Source of the DNA: a virus
Direction: 5' to 3' (one strand)
Virus record (IMG/VR): IMGVR_UViG_3300012207_000001
DNA: 60,899 bases
The notes below the pieces were generated by a model. The model saw only the letters and a list, made by a program, of their open reading frames with translations. It was not told where the DNA came from and searched no databases. Below, one piece after another: positions 28,265 to 37,548 of this stretch; within the stretch, counting starts at the first letter, position 1, and every line of letters begins with the position of its first letter. Made by a program: the position numbers and the translations under genes.

Positions 28265-28843
28265 TTAACTCTCTTCCGTCCATTCGATGTCAACATCAAA
28301 TGAGGCTGTAGCCGTTGGCGTGGTCGTATTGAGGTTCAGGGCAAGGACTTCTGTGATGCCACGCAATACAATGGCCTGTGATGGTCGGTTCCCAAATTCC
28401 CAAACAAGCTTATCGTTTGACATGAAATCCGTTGCCGTTGCCGTTGCCAGCATGAGCATAAGTTTTTGATTGCGTAGTGCAGTGCCTACAAGCGTTCCGG
28501 TCGTAGGAGGCGCTGTATAAGACAACACGGTAGCCGTTGCGGCGGCATTCGCACTATCATGCGGTACAGCCGTGGGACTCCCTGTACTGGTGCCCCCTGT
28601 ATTGGCTGTGCTGCGTTTGAGCAACAAGATATCAAGTGCGACAGGTGTTGCACTTGTAGTCGTCGCGGTAATGGTAATTCGCGTTACTCGAATAGTTTTC
28701 GTTGCGCTACCGGTCAGGGTGAAGAAGTCAGTAGCAGACGAGCCTGGTACAAGTCCGACCTTTGCCGCGCTATAGGTTGACTTTGCCCCATCTACGGTTG
28801 TGATTGATCCTAATGGCACCGTTGGCGTTACTGGTACAGCCAT
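28265..28843 (-). CDS. Virion structural protein of unknown role, T/A-rich beta protein.
   Basis: It lies downstream of the capsid gene. The C-terminal FDVDIEWTEE resembles the C-terminus SFMIEWVEF of 46367..48097. Confidence 0.4.
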   Translation of the reverse strand: MAVPVTPTVPLGSITTVDGAKSTYSAAKVGLVPGSSATDFFTLTGSATKTIRVTRITITATTTSATPVALDILLLKRSTANTGGTSTGSPTAVPHDSANAAATATVLSYTAPPTTGTLVGTALRNQKLMLMLATATATDFMSNDKLVWEFGNRPSQAIVLRGITEVLALNLNTTTPTATASFDVDIEWTEES

Positions 28844-28871
28844 GATTGATTAGTTTCCTTTCTTTCCCTAG

Positions 28872-29327
28872 CTAGACCAGTGGAGGCTTGAAACGTGCGT
28901 CCCCTGCCTGGATAATGATATCAAAACCACATCCGGTAGCAGGGCTGCCTGTAACGGTAGTCGTAACACGTACGTAGCGCTTTGCGCCGTTGTAGCCTAT
29001 GCGCCAATTGATAGCGGTTGCTGCACTGGAGATGGCGGTAGGTTGCGCGCCACCGACACGTACTGGTGTAAAATCCGTTGCAGAGGTTGCAGACCATGCG
29101 ACTAAATCGCCATTCGCAACCGTTGCAAAACCGCTCCCAGATGCATCAGACTCTTCGATAACGGGCGTCAGTGTCCCATCAGTCCATGTGTTAGCCAGGA
29201 TATAAATGGTGCAACCGTTGTAAGCTTCAAGGTCTACAGACGTTGCTGTCTGCGTTGTTTTGATGACAGGGAGTGCAGTCAAGCCAGTGAAAAACGTCCC
29301 TGTATCCCTTGTTACGATATCTCTCAT
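28872..29327 (-). CDS. Possible head decoration or structural protein.
   Basis: 151-aa ORF immediately downstream of the major capsid gene. Confidence 0.4.
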   Translation of the reverse strand: MRDIVTRDTGTFFTGLTALPVIKTTQTATSVDLEAYNGCTIYILANTWTDGTLTPVIEESDASGSGFATVANGDLVAWSATSATDFTPVRVGGAQPTAISSAATAINWRIGYNGAKRYVRVTTTVTGSPATGCGFDIIIQAGDARFKPPLV

Positions 29328-29376
29328 GTGTCTTTATTCTCCAATCATTTCATTTCATTGCAGAAGGTGAAATGAT

Positions 29377-30657
29377 TTAACTTACTGAGCATTTAAGCAG
29401 TCGAAACGCCTCGGGCAATAAAAGATCTCCCCCGACACGCATACGAGCGATGAAACCGACCAGTCCAGAAGCTGCGTACAGTTCGTTCAACTGACGGATG
29501 TTCATGGTCACGCGGTCAACAATCATGTAATTTTTGAAATCTCCTACGACCACTGCATAGGCATTGGCAGCGATTTCTGGCATGTCTGGCAATTCGATAT
29601 ACGGCCTATCGTAGACAGTTGAAGGCAAATTGCTAGCGGCAAATGGTTGCCACAATGGGCGATTCATGGAGTCTTTGAACAGACGAATGGTATTAAGTGA
29701 TGCGCGTGTAAAGCCATACGTAGCGTTGGGCGCATAGGCTGATTTTAGATCCATGAATACATTCAGGATGCTATCTGCTGTGAGGTTACCGGCCACTCCA
29801 GAGGGAACATACGGGATAGCGTCAATAACATTGTTCTTACCCGCACTACCACCACTATAACCGCTTGACGCCTTGATAGGATAGCTCAAGAAGCCACGGG
29901 GACGCCCGACGCCTGTGCCTGAAACAAACGCAGTACCCTCTGCCTGTGCAAACTTGAGTCCCAGACGTTCCTTAATGAATGATTCGATGTCAAAAAGGGA
30001 ATCTTCAAGGTTTTGTTCAGAGATACGGACCAGGCCACGCTGTTCGTGCACAGGAATGTTAATCATGCCTACAGTCGCATCAGTGCTGTCAGTGAAAGTA
30101 CTTTGTTCAGTCGCCCAGTAGACCGATGTGTCATTTGCCAGAGCAGGCATTTGCACACGTTCGCCTGAAGTGGCCTGTACACGACACGCCCCGCGCATCG
30201 GGGAAATGAGGATCTTATATGCTTGCAATTCTGCCATGTAGTCGGTACTGGCAAAAAAGCCGCCGGTTGTGGCGTCTCCAGCGTACAAAGCTTTCATCTC
30301 AGTAGGCATAAGGTCAGGCACAATAAGCGCCTTTTCCTCTGCACTCAAGAAAGACAAATCGCCTTTTTTCCGGAGTGCCTTCAAAAAGGCTTTCCGGGCA
30401 GGAGACTTCTCTTTCTTTTCCTCTGCAAAGCCAGGCCGCGCGCGTGCAATACGCTCCTCGTTAATCAAGTCCATGAGGCTATTAACGCGGGTATTCATCG
30501 CGTCAAGTGACTCTTTATATTCCGCTGGCATCTTTGCGGTTTTCGAGGTCAGTTCTTCTCCTAGTTGCTTCTGCTCTTTATCAAGCGTATCAACCCGGTC
30601 AGAAATGCCCTTATGAAGCGTATTTACTTCATTGAGAATATCTGTTAATGTTGGCAT
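29377..30657 (-). CDS. Major capsid protein, HK97 family.
   Basis: 426 aa with an N-terminal coiled-coil delta-like segment, positioned directly after the prohead protease. Confidence 0.8.
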   Translation of the reverse strand: MPTLTDILNEVNTLHKGISDRVDTLDKEQKQLGEELTSKTAKMPAEYKESLDAMNTRVNSLMDLINEERIARARPGFAEEKKEKSPARKAFLKALRKKGDLSFLSAEEKALIVPDLMPTEMKALYAGDATTGGFFASTDYMAELQAYKILISPMRGACRVQATSGERVQMPALANDTSVYWATEQSTFTDSTDATVGMINIPVHEQRGLVRISEQNLEDSLFDIESFIKERLGLKFAQAEGTAFVSGTGVGRPRGFLSYPIKASSGYSGGSAGKNNVIDAIPYVPSGVAGNLTADSILNVFMDLKSAYAPNATYGFTRASLNTIRLFKDSMNRPLWQPFAASNLPSTVYDRPYIELPDMPEIAANAYAVVVGDFKNYMIVDRVTMNIRQLNELYAASGLVGFIARMRVGGDLLLPEAFRLLKCSVS

Positions 30658-30706
30658 CTTTTCTTGTTGTCCTTATGTGTCTACGTGTAACAATAGTTGT
30701 CTTGTG

Positions 30707-31942
30707 TTAGCGAACGGTGTTCAGTCGTTTGATACTTGCCAGAGCAGAAGTGATCTCAGCCATTGCAGTATCTTCGTGCGAAGATGAGTGCTCAGGTGTG
30801 CTACGTGTCTTGTATTGAGACGAGGTAGCAGACTTTCCCTCCTGACCGGCATCAGGTTTACCTACATCCGTTCCATATGCAGCCTCACTGCCTTGCAAAA
30901 CAGTTGCAAGGTCATCGGCTGCTGTATGCACAGCTTTTGTATGCATCTTCATATCTGCCATAGCCTTTGTGGCTACACTGTGCAGAGTATCGATCGATGA
31001 TTGGATGGTATCGCTATTGGTCCCGCTAATGGCTCTGCCTGCCTTCCCTGCAAGGCTAGAGTTAGGACGTGACATCCATCCACCACTAGTAGCGGGTCTG
31101 CTTTCTGATCCGTATTGCATGGTATAGTCTGCTGGAGAGCTACTATAGGATCGCGATTCTAAATAGCCTGGCAAGTCGCACTCTACAGCCTGCGTTACAA
31201 ACTTATCGAGCACAAGCGATTTAAAATCATCTAGTGCCTGCGCGATGTCAGAAGCCGCTGTATCCCCGATGGTCAAAGCATCCATGACTGCCCCTGTCAG
31301 GCTGCACACATAGACATCTTGCCAGTCCTCCATCAAGTCTTCACACATTTCTTCCTGATAGTGCTCCATCAGGGTCTTTGTTTGTTTTTTCTTGTCTTTA
31401 TCTTTATTCACTGGCTTATCCTTTTGAGCGGCTTTAATACCAACAAGATAGGTTGTATCGTTCATCGCAAAGGTAACAGGATCAACACTATAAAGACGCA
31501 ATTCTGTTAAGTCTCGAACGCCTGACTTATCGTATTTCGCGCCGCCCGCTGGTACATCATAGGTGATAGAGAACTGGTCGGTCATACCGGCCTTGGCAAG
31601 TTCGTAATACTCCCTGCCCCGTTGGGTAGCTAGTGCAATCTCACCTTTACATAGCAAGCCTTCAGGATCTTCAGAGATGCCATACCAGCCCCCTATCAAT
31701 TCGTGCGTATCGTGCTGCCAGAGCATAGGCAAAATGTATTTTGTTTGCCGTGATTTAGCGCGTGACTTGCTGTTCTGTATTGTCCTGGTAAACGCGCCTT
31801 TTTGTATCCGGTCGTTTCCTTCGTCTATGTTATTAAAGATGGCACCGTAGGCTTCAATCTGACCAAACTCAGAACCTTGTTCATTTGTTGTAATGCCAGT
31901 AGCCTTGACAGGCAAATGAAGCGTTTTTGTTTCCCTGGTCAT
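30707..31942 (-). CDS. HK97-family prohead protease (S78) with a C-terminal scaffold-like extension.
   Basis: IEAYGAIFNNIDEGNDRIQKGAF...PMLWQHD..ELIGGW is the typical prohead protease N-domain. Confidence 0.8.
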   Translation of the reverse strand: MTRETKTLHLPVKATGITTNEQGSEFGQIEAYGAIFNNIDEGNDRIQKGAFTRTIQNSKSRAKSRQTKYILPMLWQHDTHELIGGWYGISEDPEGLLCKGEIALATQRGREYYELAKAGMTDQFSITYDVPAGGAKYDKSGVRDLTELRLYSVDPVTFAMNDTTYLVGIKAAQKDKPVNKDKDKKKQTKTLMEHYQEEMCEDLMEDWQDVYVCSLTGAVMDALTIGDTAASDIAQALDDFKSLVLDKFVTQAVECDLPGYLESRSYSSSPADYTMQYGSESRPATSGGWMSRPNSSLAGKAGRAISGTNSDTIQSSIDTLHSVATKAMADMKMHTKAVHTAADDLATVLQGSEAAYGTDVGKPDAGQEGKSATSSQYKTRSTPEHSSSHEDTAMAEITSALASIKRLNTVR

Positions 31943-32181
31943 GCATCTTCCCCTTTATACATAAGCATGAATTGATACTGACGGCGTGCAAATTCAAGGC
32001 AATAACAAAAATGCGTTAAACGACAGCCATTAAGAAACCAAACTCGTCTATTCATTTTAGTCCCGATAATTTCTTTTACCTGCCGAAACTTTATAATACG
32101 CATCCATATCCCGCCTAAATACAGACCAAATAATGCACGTGTATCCATCTTCAATGCATGATCTATCAATCCGTATTTCAT
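31939..32181 (-). CDS. Hypothetical protein.
   Basis: ORF overlapping both neighbours by 4 nt, which suggests translational coupling. Confidence 0.35.
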   Translation of the reverse strand: MKYGLIDHALKMDTRALFGLYLGGIWMRIIKFRQVKEIIGTKMNRRVWFLNGCRLTHFCYCLEFARRQYQFMLMYKGEDA

Positions 32182-34427
32182 CCTAATGCCTCCCTCATGT
32201 ATGTCTGATACTCCGCTCTACGTTGCCTTTTGCTAATGGGTATCGGAGCTTGTTTTTCGGGGCTTGCAACCTTGCGAAAGAAGACAGTACAGCAACATCC
32301 GCAAACCTCAGAGGCAGGGGCAGACGGATCGCCTGGGTGTGCCATTTTATAACCGCCCACCTCAAAATCGTCATCAAGCCCTACCTCCTGACCGTCTGCC
32401 TCTTCATGATCTTCTCTTGCAGTCAACCGTCCAGGAATAGCCAGCCACACCTTGTTTAAGGTAAGCGCTGATTGCTTTGCTGCCTGGATTGCACCGTAGG
32501 AGGTTGCAGCCGTGACTTCCGTCTGTGCAATGGTAGCTGCCCTTCCTGTAATTTGGGATAGGTATAAACTATCGATCCGCGTTGCGAGTGTCGGTACATC
32601 CTCCCCCGCTTGTACTCCTGCTGTGAGTGCCGATCGCACTGCATTGAGCGTTGTACTATCAATCTGGCTAATCTGCGAGCCTGCCAACGATTCCAGATAC
32701 TCCAGTACAGCATCTCCAAATGTACCAACCAGAGATGAAATAGCCTTTTTATCATGCCCTACTTCCCCTTCTTGCAACTGTGCAGAAATATGCGTGCTTG
32801 TATCCATGACTACATCCTGATAGAGGGACGATAATAGCTTCTGTCCCTCATCCTTTGACCGCTTGATAGCTGTCTCTACTCTCAAGATAGCAGTGGAAGG
32901 AATAGCCGCTTGCTTGACCGCACTTACCACGCTCTTTTGTTGTGATGCGAAATACTTTTTGAACTCTACTTCTGCCTTGACTTGCCACTTGCCACGCAAG
33001 CCCGCCATAGCATCGTAATGCGCTTGCTTTTGCTCAAGTGTGGTTAAGTCTAGAGCCTTACTACTCTTCTTTGGAGGCTTTGACGCTGGCAGTGCAGGAG
33101 GTTTTGCAGCTTCTACGGTCTGATTGTTCGGTAGTGTTCCCCCTCGTTCAGGGACTTGAAAAGGAGGAACGATTGGTCCCGATAAAGACTTCTGTGCAAA
33201 TTCTTGCAGACTATCAGCTGGTACCAGGATATTGCCTATCCGGTACACATTCCCCTGTGGATCTTCAGGAAGCCCCTGAAGTACTAAGGCTTGATTGAGC
33301 GTACACGCACCCCATTGGTATGCAGTCACGGCGCGTTGTCCCTCTGCAATCTTCTGCATCTGTATAGCGCGTGCTATGACCTCTACGCTATCCTTGTCAT
33401 AGTACAGATAAGCACCTTTGAGGTCTGGATACATAGGCAGAAGCCAGATATTCCAAAGTGCATAGAGATCGTCAAGGTCAGGAAATATCGCCTCTGTGTA
33501 TGACGCGATTTTCGCTTCATCCACATTTGCATAAGTTGAAGAACTGGTATCACCTATCAGCTGAGGAGGAATATTATAAATATTTGCCAGCAACACGGCG
33601 TTATACTTGATGCTTTCTAACCAATCAAGCTCAGCAGGGGGTAAGCCCATCGACTGCCAGGTAAGACCAGCATCAAGAACTGGAGGCAAGCCTGCATTCC
33701 TAGCGCCTTGCAGTTTTTCTTTAAGGTTCTGCTCTAACCTATTGCGTTCGTTCTTGCCTAATGGGACTGGAGTAGTCCATGCCCCTGACGGTCTGGCAGA
33801 GTTTTGCACTAGCGCTAAATCCCACTTACGCGTATGCATCTGCATATCGATCAAAATGGCTGCTATCTCAATCGGGGAAATACCGTACACTTCATTGTTT
33901 GGATTCCAGTACTTTGTATGACCAATATTTTGAGGTAGGATGGGTTGCTCTAAGTACTCATACTTATATCCCTCTATGCCGCGTGGCTTGCTGGCTAGGA
34001 TCTGGACGAGGTCTGGTCGCAGTGTCCATAGTTCATCGGGCGGGCCACTACCCTTCCTTAAAGAGTACTGATAGTTATTCCCTGTCAGGAGCTTATACGC
34101 TAGACAAGCCTCCCTGTATGCCACCCCTGTTTGCTCTGCATTCGGATTATTGAGCTTGTCTAATAGGGGATGCGTCTCTATTTCCCTCTGCTTTGTCTTG
34201 TCTGTATAGAGTTTGGGAGGAATAGCGCCTCCATTACGAGAAATATATGAGATGCATTTATAGACAGTGTTATCCTCATACCCTTCTTTCGCAAAGGCTT
34301 TGTAATTCCTAGGCATCTGCAAGAGTTGAGGAGCGGTACTATAGGTGATGAGCCCTTGGTAAGCAGGATTGACTTTCTGTTCTCTGGCAGGATGAAGGAA
34401 CGCCTGTACACGTTGCTTGAAGCTCAT
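32178..34427 (-). CDS. Portal protein fused to a Mu gpF/SPP1 gp7-like minor head domain.
   Basis: The N-terminal roughly 450 aa are portal-like. The C-terminus reads REDHEEADGQEVGLDDDFEVGG...HPGDPSAPASEVCGCCC (MuF signature R..H...dGq...PGD...nCrC). The start at 34427 overlaps the upstream stop (ATGA). Confidence 0.75.
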   Translation of the reverse strand: MSFKQRVQAFLHPAREQKVNPAYQGLITYSTAPQLLQMPRNYKAFAKEGYEDNTVYKCISYISRNGGAIPPKLYTDKTKQREIETHPLLDKLNNPNAEQTGVAYREACLAYKLLTGNNYQYSLRKGSGPPDELWTLRPDLVQILASKPRGIEGYKYEYLEQPILPQNIGHTKYWNPNNEVYGISPIEIAAILIDMQMHTRKWDLALVQNSARPSGAWTTPVPLGKNERNRLEQNLKEKLQGARNAGLPPVLDAGLTWQSMGLPPAELDWLESIKYNAVLLANIYNIPPQLIGDTSSSTYANVDEAKIASYTEAIFPDLDDLYALWNIWLLPMYPDLKGAYLYYDKDSVEVIARAIQMQKIAEGQRAVTAYQWGACTLNQALVLQGLPEDPQGNVYRIGNILVPADSLQEFAQKSLSGPIVPPFQVPERGGTLPNNQTVEAAKPPALPASKPPKKSSKALDLTTLEQKQAHYDAMAGLRGKWQVKAEVEFKKYFASQQKSVVSAVKQAAIPSTAILRVETAIKRSKDEGQKLLSSLYQDVVMDTSTHISAQLQEGEVGHDKKAISSLVGTFGDAVLEYLESLAGSQISQIDSTTLNAVRSALTAGVQAGEDVPTLATRIDSLYLSQITGRAATIAQTEVTAATSYGAIQAAKQSALTLNKVWLAIPGRLTAREDHEEADGQEVGLDDDFEVGGYKMAHPGDPSAPASEVCGCCCTVFFRKVASPEKQAPIPISKRQRRAEYQTYMREALG

Positions 34428-34714
34428 AGCAGTTGTTCCTCCCTCTGCTCGTAAGCGAGCATAGAGAACAACATGTCTTTGACCTCCTGCACTGTCAGAC
34501 AAGAGCCAATAGCCGAATGTAAGTGAGACATGATATCAATTTTTTTGCTTGCAACCTTGTGCTGAAAAAAGCATTGACCGGTAAAAAGATCTATCCCCTT
34601 TGCCCCCGTTCGATCCGCTATCAATAAGTAAGGATTTAATCCGTCCTGTGTAATAATGAATGTTCGGTACTCTGCCCCTTTTGGCGTGCATTCCCGTATT
34701 GTGGAGGCGTTCAT
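34424..34714 (-). CDS. Hypothetical protein.
   Basis: ORF between terminase and portal with coupled stops and starts. Confidence 0.45.
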   Translation of the reverse strand: MNASTIRECTPKGAEYRTFIITQDGLNPYLLIADRTGAKGIDLFTGQCFFQHKVASKKIDIMSHLHSAIGSCLTVQEVKDMLFSMLAYEQREEQLL

Positions 34715-34938
34715 ACTCCTGCCTCCTCTCTGGCAAGCTCTAAGAGACGGTTAAGGTACCATTGTGCTTTTTCGAGGTCATCTAACCCGCCTTTTTGTTT
34801 CCATCGTGTGACGTACTTCACAACGTTCCCAGAATGGAAGCCTAGATTATTTGCCTCTATGTAAATGATAGGCTCTATTGCGCATTCTTTATAATGTGCA
34901 GAGGCAGGGGCTTGCAATAAGGTATTGTCTCTACTCAT
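34711..34938 (-). CDS. DUF3310-like protein.
   Basis: YKECAIEPIIYIEAN...GNVVKYVTRWKQKGGLDDLEKAQWYLNRL matches the DUF3310 pattern. ATGAGTAG overlaps the upstream gene. Confidence 0.55.
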   Translation of the reverse strand: MSRDNTLLQAPASAHYKECAIEPIIYIEANNLGFHSGNVVKYVTRWKQKGGLDDLEKAQWYLNRLLELAREEAGV

Positions 34939-35155
34939 AGCGTCCCCTAACCTGCTTACGACGTTTCGCAATAGAACGCTCTGCACACTTACGGATCTTG
35001 CGAGGAGCGATAGGATAAGCGCGTCTGCAATGATTAAGCCACTGTAAACGCATGTATGTTACCGGACTGACTGAGAATAAAGGCGCATCCAAATCAGCCA
35101 TAGAGCGGATAGATTGAAATGATTGCAACAGATCCGCAGCTAAAATATTACTCAT
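34931..35155 (-). CDS. Hypothetical basic protein.
   Basis: The start overlaps the TerL stop. The C-terminus is RKIRKCAERSIAKRRKQVRGRYE. Confidence 0.4.
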   Translation of the reverse strand: MSNILAADLLQSFQSIRSMADLDAPLFSVSPVTYMRLQWLNHCRRAYPIAPRKIRKCAERSIAKRRKQVRGRYE

Positions 35156-36779
35156 TCCATCCTCCATACCGCTCTGCCCATTCAAACGGGTCAATTTGTC
35201 TTGTCTTTGCAGGGGTAGCCACAACAATCTCTAACATAGGCTCCGTATCCTCATCTAATGAAGCAGGAACAGGCCCGTCAATTGCGTCTGGTATATCATC
35301 TTCTCCTAAGCGATCATCACTTAATGGCCCCTGTGAGCGTACTACAATGCTACTCAGACTAATCATGTCTACCTGATCGTCATGGCTTGTCTTTGGAAAC
35401 TTGTACAGTTCTTTCCGCAGTTCCACTAACCAGGATGCGCCATGCAGGAAGTACAGTTTTCCGTTTTCCTGCCAAATGGCCGCGTTAGCAGCTCGTGCCA
35501 CCTTATCCTTTTGTGGCTTAAACGGTCTACATGGTATTCCCCTGGCCAGCAAGTCTTGAAATAATGCATGCTGGTACGCAACGGTTTCAACGGCAGTAAA
35601 ATCTGCACAATCCTCGTTAAATGCGTCTTCAACCTCGTCCTGTTGATCCTTGTAGGACCAACGATCCCTACGCACTGCCAATAAAAGCATGTCCTTAATC
35701 GGTGTTTTCGCCCACGTACCAATAACCATGTAGTCGGCTGTTTGCGATTCTGAGATGGCAGGGTCTATCGTCAAGTACAGTTCACAGTCATCTTTCAGTA
35801 CCGCTCTATCACCTCTGGGAGTGTGCAAGATGTAGCTATCATGTGTAATAGTAAATAAGCGTTCATGTTTTTGCTTAAAGATACCTCCGCCTGCAGGGAC
35901 AGGTTTTTGGCCATACAAAGCAGAATAGCCATAAACACCATGACGACGTTTTGCTTTGTCGATGACTTCTTGCGGGAACCGTTCAATCCACAACAATTCG
36001 CCTTCTTGTGTACGAGGATCTGACCAACCTCCTCCTTGCCACTGTGTTACACAGGGTGTTTCGGTTTCATATTCGGCTGGCAGATTGAGATGTACCCATT
36101 CCCCGTCGTTTGTTTCTAAGATATGACCGCTCACATCCTGCTCATGTATACGCTGTCCCACAACCACCATAGCGCCCGTCTGTTGATCATTCAAGCGTGT
36201 TGACCACGTATTATCAAACCAATCAAGGGCAGCCTCCCGTTTTACGGCAGACTCTTTTTCATCGATGTTATGTGGATCGTCTAGTAGAAGGATGTCCCCG
36301 CCTTCTCCGGTTGCTGCACTACCAACGCTCACAGCCATTCTGTAGCCTAACTGATCGGTCTCAAACTTCATTTTTGCATTCTGATCGTTGGCAAGGGTGA
36401 AAACGTTTCCATAACGGGCCTGAAACCAGTTCGAGCGGATAAGTCTGCGCGCCTTAATATTGTCGCGTGTGGCAAGGTTGAGGGCATAGGAGCCACATAA
36501 TAACCGTGTGGAAGGCTTATTGAGGAGTAGCCACACCGACCATAGTACGTCAATGTAGGTTGACTTGCCATGGCGAGGAGGCATGTTCACGAGAAGTTTA
36601 TGGATATGACCATGGGTAACTGCCTCTAGATGCTCTGCAATGGCGTCAAGGTGCCAGCCACCTACATATGGGCGGCCTGGTTCTATGACATGCCATGCCT
36701 CTTTTGCAAATAGAGCAAAGGATTTTCGCGCGCGTTCAGCCTGGACAATGCTGGAAACGGGTAATGCTATGGCAACCAT
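35148..36779 (-). CDS. terL: Terminase large subunit.
   Basis: MPPRHGKST (Walker A-like), ILLLDDPH (Walker B) and a C-terminal nuclease-like TIDPAISESQTADYMVIG. Confidence 0.9.
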   Translation of the reverse strand: MVAIALPVSSIVQAERARKSFALFAKEAWHVIEPGRPYVGGWHLDAIAEHLEAVTHGHIHKLLVNMPPRHGKSTYIDVLWSVWLLLNKPSTRLLCGSYALNLATRDNIKARRLIRSNWFQARYGNVFTLANDQNAKMKFETDQLGYRMAVSVGSAATGEGGDILLLDDPHNIDEKESAVKREAALDWFDNTWSTRLNDQQTGAMVVVGQRIHEQDVSGHILETNDGEWVHLNLPAEYETETPCVTQWQGGGWSDPRTQEGELLWIERFPQEVIDKAKRRHGVYGYSALYGQKPVPAGGGIFKQKHERLFTITHDSYILHTPRGDRAVLKDDCELYLTIDPAISESQTADYMVIGTWAKTPIKDMLLLAVRRDRWSYKDQQDEVEDAFNEDCADFTAVETVAYQHALFQDLLARGIPCRPFKPQKDKVARAANAAIWQENGKLYFLHGASWLVELRKELYKFPKTSHDDQVDMISLSSIVVRSQGPLSDDRLGEDDIPDAIDGPVPASLDEDTEPMLEIVVATPAKTRQIDPFEWAERYGGWNE

Positions 36780-36869
36780 TCTTTGCGAAAATCCTTTGCT
36801 ATTGGTAATAATAACACGAAGATCGTATGAAAATAATAAATATAGTACGAATATCGTTAGTATAACAGG

Positions 36870-36900
36870 TTATCCACATTTCCACAAGAGATGTGGATAA
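36870..36900. promoter_or_regulatory. Inverted pair of perfect DnaA-box consensus sequences.
   Basis: TTATCCACAt-11 nt-aTGTGGATAA lies between the divergent terL and xis-like genes. Confidence 0.5.
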
Positions 36901-36919
36901 GTTGGCATGATGTACTACT

Positions 36920-36948
36920 GTACAGACACATAGACTCTATGGTATAAT
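36920..36948 (+). promoter_or_regulatory. Extended -10 promoter for the xis-int operon.
   Basis: TGgTATAAT at 36940-36948. The -35 is weak. Confidence 0.45.
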
Positions 36949-37005
36949 AAAGTATCGAATTGATGTGTAGAGATAGCTAGAGACGAGAGAAAGAGGAATA
37001 ACCCG

Positions 37006-37218
37006 ATGGAAAGAATCACCAGGCAAGGGGAAGACGCCAGTACACCACAAAAATTGTTGATCAATATCGAGGAGGCTGCAAAAATGCTTTCTTTAAGCCG
37101 CCCATTTTTGTACAGGCTGATAGATGAGGAAAAAATACCCGTACACAGATTCCACACATCAGTTCGTTTGTCTGTTGACGAACTGAAACAATGGCTAGTC
37201 GATCGTAGAGGAGCGTAA
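37006..37218 (+). CDS. Excisionase-family (MerR/HTH_17-like) DNA-binding protein.
   Basis: LLINIEEAAKMLSLSRPFLYRLIDEEKIPVHRF. It lies upstream of the integrase. Confidence 0.65.
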   Translation: MERITRQGEDASTPQKLLINIEEAAKMLSLSRPFLYRLIDEEKIPVHRFHTSVRLSVDELKQWLVDRRGA

Positions 37219-37223
37219 CAAAG

Positions 37224-37541
37224 ATGCCAGAATATTACAGCGATGCCTATGCAGATGCGCTAGGACTGCCACGCATGGAAGGACCAAAGATGGAAGAGAA
37301 GAACGATACATCCCCCTTTATACGCTCCCGTCGCATTCAACGCATTATCATCATTCGAGAAGAAAATCATCCTCCCTCCAAGCTGTTTGATACGGTAGTT
37401 ACCTATCCGTCTAATAGCCTGCCTGAGTGGTTCGCGCCATTGCAGGCGATTGTTGAGGATGAAACATTTACTAGTATGGTGATTAATCTGGGTGGAGCAG
37501 TGTACTACAAAATTAGTATAAAGGGGAAAGAAAAGGAATAA
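37224..37541 (+). CDS. Hypothetical protein.
   Basis: ORF between the xis-like gene and int. Confidence 0.45.
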   Translation: MPEYYSDAYADALGLPRMEGPKMEEKNDTSPFIRSRRIQRIIIIREENHPPSKLFDTVVTYPSNSLPEWFAPLQAIVEDETFTSMVINLGGAVYYKISIKGKEKE

Positions 37542-37548
37542 GCCAGCC

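Noticed and set aside
36640-36900. 86-aa plus-strand ORF overlapping the terL start and the DnaA-box palindrome.
   Set aside because: It runs antisense to the terL N-terminus and into regulatory DNA, with no RBS. The palindrome is better read as a regulatory element.
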